Assembly (NCBI GenBank): GCA_028023455.1
Contig: JAQFVV010000001.1
Coordinates: 27,404,001-27,468,000, forward strand
DNA length: 64,000 nt
Origin: Epiperipatus broadwayi
Lineage: Eukaryota > Animalia > Onychophora
Direction of reading: 5' to 3'
Shown: piece after piece, positions 54,193 through 64,000 of the stretch
Position numbering within the stretch: position 1 is the stretch's first letter
Layout of the letters: every line of letters starts with the position of its first letter
Program-made: the position numbers and the translations under genes
Notes under the pieces: generated by a model
Told to the model about the DNA's origin: nothing
The model's input: only the letters and a program-made list of their open reading frames with translations
Databases searched by the model: none

Positions 54193-54955
54193 AAATTCTC
54201 CATACAGTAGTGCCACCAAGTGCAAAACTTCATAATTAAAGAATGCAGGAAGGTTTGTGCATAAAATCTCTATCTGGTGCCTACTTATCCAATATCCCCA
54301 GACTAGTTTCTAGTTTGTAACTTTTGGGAAGCACTGCACCTAGATCTTGCAAGTCTCCAGAAGCCACCTTTTATCTATTTGCTTAACTATAAAGCTAGAA
54401 ACCTAAGATGAAAACACAATAAGGTTTTCAATCCAAACTGCATCTCTTGATTATGAAGGCTTGCACTTGGTAACATTACTGTAAGGAGAGTCACAGCCCG
54501 TCTAAGCATATGAAATGGTGATCATATTTATCTTACCCATAGAATAATGATGATTGTGGTTTTTGAAAAACCAAAGACACCAAAATATATAGATGCTGAA
54601 CTAGTTCAGATCTATATGACTATACAAGCAAATGAATTTGGGTTGCAAAACATTATTGTGTTTTCATCTTTATAGCTTTATAGTTAATCAAGTAGGTAAA
54701 AAGGGGCTGCTAGAGAATTGCATTAGATCCTAAGATCTAGGTGCAATTCTATTAAATCCAAGACTCCTCACTGATGAATGCCACAAACTAGAAACTAGTC
54801 GGGATATTAAATGAGTAGGCACTAGATAGGGATTTTATGCACAAACCTTCCTGAATTCATTAATTATGAAGGCTTGCACTTGGTGGCATTATGGTATGGA
54901 GAGTTTTCTACTATTATTAACAGCCTCTATAAGCATATGAAATGGTGATCATATT
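54193..54955. repeat. Composite inverted plus direct repeat carrying a hammerhead-like motif (PLE pseudo-LTR-like)
   Basis: 54193-54450 is inverted at 54625-54907. 54451-54528 is a direct copy of 54864-54955. Confidence 0.8.
54766..54805 (+). ncRNA. Minimal hammerhead-like motif
   Basis: cctca-CTGATGA(54771-77)-13 nt-GAAA-CTAG-TC-ggg. The mirror arm (54296-54322, minus) gives agttacaaacta (stem II) and tgggg (stem I with cctca). ACTAGT is palindromic. Confidence 0.55.
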
Positions 54956-57379
54956 TTGATGATTTTATAAAGAATGTAATTATAATTTTTGCAACATATT
55001 CTTTGTGATTGCATAAGCAGAGAATACCATTATATAAGTTTACTTTGTTAAAAGTCAACATTATAGTTAGCTTTTTTCTCCAAGGTTTATTCCTAGTTAT
55101 TTGGTTAGGAAACTAATTTTGCTATTTTAAATAATGGATAGTATTCTGTTTTAATAATTTTTTTTTTCTTTTGGTTTATTTATGATTAATTTTTTATTTT
55201 TGTAGTAATACTGCTAAATGGCAGCTACTTTAAAGTACTAAATTTCATATAAAAGTTAAAATTTAATATTTTTTTTGTTGCTAAGATTATTTGCAAAGTT
55301 AAAAAAAAAAAGTATTGTTATCTGAAATACATATTTATGCAAAATTTCAACCATATTGGAAATTTAAATGAATGAAAATTGAGTTATAAGACTTCACAGG
55401 CAGAAAGATAGATCGACAAAAAGTAGATTAAGTTAAATAAAAACATATAAAAACCCCCAAAATCTAATAAGATCTAATTATACAATATTTTAAATTATAG
55501 CTTTCTTCTAATTGTTTTAATACAAACATTGCACTTGATAGATCAATGTATAATGAAATTTGTCTAAGCAACTATGCATAGATAGAATGTTTGATTAAAA
55601 AATATTTGATAACCAATTGTTGTTATTAAGTTTATGATTATTACTTCACTTTAATTGAAATAATTGGTAAGTGGTGCCCTAGTAGGCAGCTAAAAAGAAG
55701 ATTGAGCTTTAGAGTTGATCTTTTAATATATGCTAAGCACTTTTAAAAGCATGTGCTTTCGTTGTTTGATCCCAGCTATGAATATGAAAGCACAAGATAT
55801 TGTAAATGTATTTTCGTAGAACTTTTTATTTTGTTTTTATTAATTAGCAGCATTTTTTTAAAAAAATATAAATTGCTAAAAATTTGATATCATTCTGACT
55901 ATGAATAATAATAAAAAAAGAAGTAGATTACATACATTTAAAGAATAATCTCAACAAAGTAAAAGTATTTATTTATTTTGTTTAAACTAAACATAGACAT
56001 TCTTTTTTGTGCAGTGAAAATTGTTCCTACTGCTAAAAGAAAATTTTTACAGCCATTGTTTTAATTAAAGTGAAAGGCTGAAACCTTTTTGCATACACAT
56101 TTAGAATGCTTATATAACAGCCAATCAGATGTAATAATGACTGTATAGGTAGCTCTCAAGTCATAACACAAGACAGAGATTTTATAAGAAAAAGGTGATT
56201 CCACCTTCTTCTTTACTTAAATTTCTATATATATAAGCCAGTCTGAAGCATTTTGACTTAAGAGCATGAAGTTTTTAAACATCTTCACATTTAACTCACT
56301 GCATATTATTGTTAAATCAACAACGCGAAATCTTTCGATTTACAATGAAGCATCATTTTAGTAAAGCATATACCAAAAATTTAAAACTACTTTGAAAGGA
56401 AATTCATATAATTTGTATATAACAAAAAATAGAAAGGAGTAATAAATTTTAATGAGAAACTTAATATTGAGTAATTTTTACAATATTTTCTGGCATTTGA
56501 AATATTACAACTTGTACATTTTTTTCAAGATACTTATCTATTATTCTTGAATTGGTTTTTGACTTTTATTAGAGAAAAAATTGACATTTTTGGAGTGCTA
56601 TCAATTATGACAGCATATCTTCTAGCAAAGCACACTATTTTGGATAATATTTTTCAAGAATTGTATGTAACATAAACTCTAAGAAAAATTTATATTGAAA
56701 TTTTTGCTACAGAAATTCATTACCATGGAGTTTGATTATTTTCATTTGCAGTTCCTTTAGTGTTATTTTTCTATATCAGCATTAATGGATTTGCAAAGAT
56801 TAAAGTTGCCTTTTTTAAGTTTGAAGTCATTAAATCTAGAATTGTTTTTTTTTTTTTTTTCAAAACATTTAATTCATCAATATAAGTAATGTATTCAGAA
56901 GCTTTATGATTCATAATATAATAAAATGTTATGTGACACTAGTCCTGAGTTGATTTTTCCAAACTTGAAAGTTTCATTTCAAAGGTTTTGACATCAGTGA
57001 ACTATTGTTGAATTAACTGATTTTCCTTTTTCAAATCAAGATAATTTAAATGGTGATAATATCTACAAATACACAAGATCATTAATTCCCTTATTATTTT
57101 TAACTTAAGAGAAAATATACTTTTTATTTTCAAAAAAATTGCATACTTCTCTGAATAGATAAAATTGTTAGAACATTTCCTCTTTGCCTAACAAATGAAG
57201 TGCACAACAAAATTCAAGTTCTAAAAATTTTTTAAAATTTTAATGATAAAGTGTTTGGATTTTATATATTGACAGCTTGAAATAATGACACATAACAGTT
57301 TAATTAAATGTGATATTTGAAATGTCATTGCTAATATTTTCAAATATTACTAATTTGGCTCATAAATTTTTTTAATAAA

Positions 57380-59936
57380 TTGTGTCATGTGTACCAGTCA
57401 AAATCGTGTGTTCATTCAACAAGACCTAGAATCCAAGCAAACTATAGCAATCTAGCAATGTGCGAGATACACAGGTCTGGAACAGTACTAAATGCTAACC
57501 TATTTGCCTGTGCTCCAGGGTCTCTGACTATATGGACAACGCTTTTGAGGATACTAGCAAGCTTTCATTTCCTCCAGTCCCAGCAATGAGAACAGGGTGA
57601 GCAAAGAGATTTGGAAATCGATAATATTTAAACAATTAGCCAATGATTATCACAAAATATATTACTTAAAGTGCGGGGTAGGCTATTCTTTAATAGATTA
57701 ATAATCAGATACTTAATATCGTTCAAGGCAACTTTAAATAAAATGAATTAATTAATAATACCCATGAGATCTTTAATTGAATTTGAAATAATTTAACTTA
57801 ACCTAAACAGTCAATGAATAACAAATGCGAGAATATAGAAAATAATATAATATAAATTTATTGAACAATTAAATATGGTAATAACAAAAATAGCTGTATA
57901 GAATGTCTGGGCAATGGGAGTTATAACTTTAATTTGCAATCACGCACTTTAGAGATGAGTCGATAAATCATACTATTTATATAAATACATAAAGTGTTAT
58001 TACATACAGTTAGTTGGTGCAATTATTACATATCTAGAACAATGGATCATTCGTGCAGTTGCTCAGATATTGTGGTCCGGTTAATATGCCAAGAATCAAT
58101 ATGTCAATTAGGTAACCAAATACCTTGGAACTTAATCCTCATCTAAAATATTATGTATTCACATTAATAAGCTGTATTGGTCATGATATATAGATATGAA
58201 TAAGAATTTGAGTTGTGTGATTTGAAAAATGTGCGATACTTTAGGGATTACTCAGATGCATGGGAGCAAAACTTTGCAGCTTGAAAGAAGCTGTAATGCA
58301 TAATCTGACTTAAAATTAAACGAATGGATGGCGAACGACATGCAATTACAACTAATAAAGAGCATTGCAGGTGAATAGAAAACTTAATAATAATAATAAT
58401 AATAATAGTAAGGCGGTATTGCGTTATCACTTACAATCGTATCTAGAGAGGTGGTCGTTTAAGACATTCTTAAGTAGCTTTGTCATATTGGTACGAAAGG
58501 AGTATGCCTGCACGATGGCCAAGGTCATATCTCAGAAGAGTAATGGCACAAGTGGGTGTTGGGATGGTTCATCCGTATGTTTCCCATACACTGATTCATT
58601 GGGGGTGCCTGGAGAAGATCCCAAGTAGGAAAATACATCTACTTTTAGAAGGATGATGAATAGTGGGATTGGTCATTCCGAAGATCCCCAAAATAATGAC
58701 AAAGCAGGAAAATTATGAATAACAATTGCAATGATACACTTATAACACCCAAACATATAAATAGTTTGTGTCACTAATGACCACGATAAATTAATAAACA
58801 CCTGACTCTTATAAGATGCTCTCCTGTGCAATGGAATCCTTAAACACAAATCATCCTGGGCAGTTAACTAACGCTCAATAAACACACATCAAGGAGATCA
58901 GAATTAAAACTAAAAGGGATAAATTGCTCTCTCCCACCCCTCAGAAATATCTCCATATTTCTACCAGCAGTCATTGCACAGATAACTGTGATTACTTATA
59001 AAATAACAGCCTTTCACGTTACAATCATTAAAATAAAATTAGAAATTACATATTGAATTCACTGCTGGTGAGATGTACTTAGTTAAAATGATAGCTTTTA
59101 ATATTGAGATGAGGATTAAATTTTATAGTTAGGTGTAATAATTTAATGCAAATATCAAAACCTTCTGGTCATTTAAAGAATAACATTATTGAAAATAATT
59201 TGTATAAAACCGAGGGAGTTTATAACAACAAACTTTAAAGGAAATTTAAGTCTACTTAGTTTGATAGGAGAAAACTATTGTATGGGGGGGGTGGGTGTAA
59301 TTTCACTTGCTAGATTGTATACTTTCTTGGCATATCAAAATGAATTAGAATAATAAAATAAAAACAGAATAATAAAATAAAACAGTCAATTAATTCTAAA
59401 TTGCCTCACCAATTGATATAGCATTATAATAAATCGCACAGACATTATTAGCATTTATTTGACAGCTTTAAATTTAAGAGAGAAAGAAAGGCGTACAATA
59501 TAGTTAAAATAAAAGATTATATTAAATCACAGACATTATTAGTGTTTATATAATAACTTTAACATTAAGCAAGGAAGGAACTATGTACAATATTGTTTAG
59601 GATTATTTAGGATTAGCGTAATTTGTTAACTCAGAGTTCATAGTTGGCGGCAAGATAGATATTACCTTGGGCTTGAGGATGAGACGATGTAGATATCGGT
59701 GGATCATGATCATGGGCTAGCTTGGGTTGAAACAGGCATTTGTCGAGATTGAAGAGTCTTTTAAGCACACATTTTCTGGACAGTTCGCATATTAGGTTTA
59801 GATGTTTCTAACTGGATACAGTTAGCTAAATAAGCCTCCCAGAGGCAGGGGTAAATACTTTTCTCTTACCCCTCCATGACTTTGCTGCACAACGCAAACT
59901 TGTGTGAAGTATCTTTGACTGGACACGAAACAAAAA
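57380..59936. mobile_element. Unclassified GC/CpG-richer repeat block with weakly inverted ends
   Basis: tgtcatgtgtaccagtcaaaat at 57383 resembles the reverse complement of atctttgactggacacgaaaca at 59911-59932. Internal ~95-bp duplication near 59430-59590. No recognisable protein motif. Confidence 0.3.
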
Positions 59937-60164
59937 ATTAGACCAAAAAATATAAAATATTAGCTATTTATACAAGTACACATTAAAGAATCAGCCGCTG
60001 CAGGAATGAAAAGATCAGAGCAATAAAATGACCAGATAAAATAATTAAGAACCTCTGACATCTATGCCTTTGTGTATATTTTAAGAATGATACAAAGTTC
60101 CACGAATTTTTAAAATAAAACTAATTGCATTGCACCATTAAATATTACTTAAACTCTCAAACTG

Positions 60165-60390
60165 GTAGCAATAAAATTTCCCAGCTACAATGGTTTGTCT
60201 TCTAAGTGGCGGTTTGTCTTGTAAATGACATTTGTATTTCTACATAAATTAGTGGCAATTAAACTTCAAGAATACCGTGGTTTGTCTCTCAAATGGCAAT
60301 TGTCTTTCTAACTTAATTAGAAGCAATAAACTTTCAAACATACCACGGTTTAATCTCTTAATTGACCATTCTATTTTTATATAAATTATT
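60165..60390. repeat. Diverged minisatellite (~70-80-bp unit, about 3 copies)
   Basis: Recurring (g/a)gcaat(a/t)aa..ttc.a...tac..tggttt.tct.t.aa.tg.c motif. Confidence 0.55.
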
Positions 60391-61320
60391 ACATGCAGGT
60401 TTACAAAAAATATATATAAATTGTTTTATATATAATATAAATTGGTTAGAAGGCCATTGAAATAAAATTATAAAATTCTATAACTTTCAAATATTACTTT
60501 TTATACGCACATACCCATGTGTAAGATGAACATGCAAACAAACTAAATGTTTATGTATCCATACATCTCACTATATATATTATTGCCTATTAAATATATA
60601 TAATTCAGGTTCAAACCCGTTCTAGTGTCTATATAATTGGCACTAGGTGAAGCGCAAATCTGCAGGGCAGATTTCCAGCTTCACGTGCAATACTATAAAA
60701 TCATTAAAGCCGTAAAGTGGATTTAAAAAAATAAAACTACAACACTTTGCATATTGTCTTTTTTAAATAATACAATAAACTGTTCTAATTTTTGCTTATT
60801 AACACTACATACGCATGCATGGGAAGAATTGTTACAAGTTATGTATAATTAGTGGAAACAAAAATTTGACCAAGAATTTAATCACTAATTTTCATTGATT
60901 GAAAATTCGAGGAATCGCTCATTTACAACCCTCAAACAAAACAAAGCATGAGTTAATGGGTGAGAAAAATAAAACTTAAGAAAGTTTAATAACTGATACT
61001 ATGCTGGTTTAGTCATGAAGAAACATGTCATATAAAAATTCATAAAGAGTAGCAGTCCATGGGTTGCAGGTTAGCATCAACTGGTTTAAATCTATTAAAA
61101 TGAAAACTTGCTTAAAAATTTTGTTGTGTGTTAATTTTGGATACATGCTTTTGCTTTGTAATAATTGATAAAGATGTCAATGATTGTGTTTTTTTTTTTT
61201 TCATTTACCTTTTGTTTCATTATTTATACAACATCACATATGTATTCTAGTTCACTTGCATGTGTAGCTCAATTGTCCTCAAAGCTGTGTATTGTTACCA
61301 AATAGATAACTAAGAACAAA

Positions 61321-61365
61321 CAAGCTTAGCGGTTTCAAAAGGCCAGCCTTCATAATCATAATGTG
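61321..61365 (-). ncRNA. Variant minimal hammerhead (A3-U8 core), left arm
   Basis: Minus strand: acatt-ATGATTA-t-gaaggctggcctttt-GAAA-CCGC-TA-agctt. Confidence 0.55.
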
Positions 61366-63750
61366 ACTGCTAATATGGTTATGAAAATTTATGCAAATAT
61401 ACTAGACATTCTATTTCCTCCATAAAGTATAGCATGTGTCTTTCCTGTTTATGGCACCTTAATTTTTCTTTTTGAGATCATGTCTCTCTCTGCACATGAT
61501 TGCGGGCTTATCTGGAATACACTCATGGTGGCTTGTTCTGGTGCTGAAAGAAAACTGAATAGGTGGAAGAATGATTAAGAGCTCCATTGTATGAGTATTT
61601 GTATTGTGCCATTCATGTGGACAAAGATGCTCTGCTTTCCCCATAGTATGTGCCTTTACAGTTATTGTTGGAGTAATCAATATTGTATACTGTTGGGGGT
61701 CTGTAAAAGTGGAGTTTGATCTTTAGTGTTGTTGGAGTTTGGGGAGGTGCAGAAGCAAAGCTTATATCTGTCATTGAGGATAGAATATAATTTACTATAT
61801 AAATTAGAGATAATCTAGGTTTATCTTGTTTGATGTGGGTGTTAAACTGTTTATTCTGGAAGTGTAAGATTCTTTTATCGTTGGTGGACTGCCTGAACCC
61901 TAAATTCAGTAAATCAGTTCTGTATTTTGTTAAATTCGCTTTGGTGTCTGCCTCAACTCTACATAACAGCTTGTTTCTGTGCAAAAAATATGATAAGCCA
62001 GATAATTTATGTTTGGTTGGTGCATCACACTGAAGTGTGGGTGGCTTCTGATCTCCAATGGTTTGATGGCCATGCTGTAATGGCAATGGTCATTTTCTCT
62101 TTGTATGTTAACATCCAGATATTTAACTTGTTGATGTGCATCTTCAATTGTAACATTCACAGCTAGTGCTGTGCTGGTTTCCAATTTGACTTTGATTTGT
62201 GTGATGACTCTGGGGTAGTGGTGATGAATAGGTCGTCCACATATCTGGTATATATTAGAAAGCATATAGGGTTTAAACCAGGTATGATCTCATAGTAGTT
62301 AATGAAGATGTTGGTGATTATGCCACTTCTGTGATAAACCCATGGGCCAGCCTTGCTTCATGGAGAAGCACTGATTTCTAAAGAACACCACAATGTTGCT
62401 GTTCAACCAGCATAAAAACTCATGAATGAAGTCTACTTGAGGTTGGGCTGTTTTTTGTGCCAAAAGTTCATCTCTGACAGTTTGGATGGATTTGTCTCTA
62501 TTGATGGAGCTATATAGTTCAGTAACATCCATGGTGGCCAATTTGATGTTTGGATTCAGTTCTAAATCTTTGATGGAGGATAGAAATTTTGCGGTTGATT
62601 TGAGGGTGTATGATCCAAAGCCCAATGTCTGGATGAGTTTGTTGTTCACTCATTCGATTGTCTGTGTAATGTGCTAAATCCAGCATTAATCAGACCGGTG
62701 TGCTGTCTTTGTCTTTTGGCATTTCTAAAAATCCTGGATGATAGACTGTGATATTCTGACTTTGTGAAAGCTTTATTGCAATGTTTTTTGAGAATAGATC
62801 ATACCTGGTTTAAACCCTGTATGCTTTCTAAGATACACCAGATATGTGGATGACTTATTCATTGCTCCACTCCAGAGGTCATCACACAAATCAAAGTCAA
62901 ATTGGAAACCAGCACAGCACTAGTTGTGAATATTACAATTGAAGATGCACATTAACAAGTTAAATATCTGGATGTTAACATACAAAGAGAAAACCACCAT
63001 TGCCATTACAGCATGGGCATCAAACCATTGGAGATCAGAAGCCACACACCCTCCCAGTGTAATGTACCAACAGAACATAAATTATCTGGCTTATCATCTT
63101 TTTTGCACAGACACCAAAGAAAATCTAACAAAATATAAGAGATGATTTACTGAATTTAGAGTTCAGACAGTCCACTATCGATAAAAGAATCTTACACTTC
63201 CAGAATAAATAATTAACACCCACATCAAACAAGATAAACCTAGATTATTGCTACCATACATCTCCAATTTATATAGAAAATTACATTCTATCCTCAATAA
63301 CAGATATAAGTTTTGCTTCTGCACCCCCAAACTCCAGCAACTTAATCAAAACACTAAAGATCAAACTCCGCTTTTACAGACCTCCCATACAGTATACAAT
63401 ATTGCTTGCTCCAACAATACCTGTAAAAGTTCATACTATGGGGAAAGCAGAGCATCTTTGTCCATGCGATTGGCACAACACAAATAGTCATACAATAGAG
63501 CTCTTAATCATTCTTCCACCTATTCAGTTTTTTTTCCACACCAGAACACAAGCCACTACAAGTGTATTCCAGATAACCCCACAATCATGTGCAGAGACCT
63601 GACCTCAAAAGAAAAATTAAGGAAGCCTTCTTCATCACCTTAGACAAAGATGCCATAAACATGAAAGACCACATGCCATGCTTTATCGAGGAAATGGAAT
63701 GTCTAGCATATTTAGCATAAATTTGCATATCATTAACCGTATTAGCAGTC

Positions 63751-63795
63751 AAGCTATGATTATGAGGACTGGACCCTTCGAAAGCGCTAAGCTCG
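63751..63795 (+). ncRNA. Variant minimal type-I hammerhead (A3-U8 core), right arm
   Basis: aAGCT-ATGATTA(63756-62)-t-GAGG actggac CCTTC-GAAA(63780-83)-GCGC-TA-AGCT. Stems I and II can form and AGCGCT is palindromic. It sits just 3' of the GIY-YIG coding region, where PLE hammerheads are expected. Confidence 0.7.
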
Positions 63796-64000
63796 TTCTT
63801 TCTTATTTATCTATTTGGTAACAATACACAGCTTTGAGGATAATTGCACTACACAAGCAAGTGAACTAGAATACATACATATATTTACCCAAAATAGAAA
63901 ATTTATTTGACTTTATCACATTATCATATATGTTTTTCAGAATTTTTAAAAAATGTATTCTCTTTTGGTAGTTTCTTATAATTATTTTTTTAAGTAACAT

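Larger units (their letters stand above)
61239..63877. mobile_element. Penelope-like element (family 2) as a head-to-head inverted pair
   Basis: Minus copy 61239-62795 has LATMDVTELYSSI, QGWPMG, RYVDDLF and a GIY-YIG region. Plus copy 62796-63877 has RYVDDLF and TVYNIACSNNTCKSSYYGESRASLSMRLAQHK. Arms 61239-62290 and 62796-63877 are reverse complements ending in the same tail. Confidence 0.93.
8721..64000 (+). other. IDE: Probable very large IDE intron (>55 kb), open at the window end
   Basis: Starts at donor gtaaga. I found no acceptor followed by the expected xHVxDI...FQY...EGP.EW exon, nor later FRFKDKE, YPLEEV or WYGT exons, by manual scanning. Confidence 0.6.

Overview
Very AT-rich (roughly 75% by eye) eukaryotic genomic DNA, probably invertebrate (inference from composition and TE content). 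The only host coding sequence I can support is two internal + strand exons of an insulin-degrading enzyme gene (IDE, peptidase M16A): 1912-1984 ([24 protein letters not shown]) and 8628-8720 ([31 protein letters not shown]). I did not find the next exon, so the remaining ~55 kb is probably one very large intron. It is filled with decayed mobile DNA: a mariner interrupted by a LINE, an internally deleted Gypsy element with both LTRs, two copies of a TA-flanked MITE, small hairpin MITEs, and several Penelope-like element (PLE) remnants. The most striking pattern is a series of inverted repeats (about 19.6, 21.7, 36.5-38.8, 40.3-41.6, 54.2-54.9 and 61.2-63.9 kb). Their arms carry outward-facing minimal type-I hammerhead ribozyme motifs, each family with a different palindromic helix III. 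One family has the normally invariant C3-G8 core pair swapped to A3-U8 in both arms. All alignments and folds were done by eye; TE boundaries are approximate. Most ORFs in the supplied track are spurious or TE fragments.
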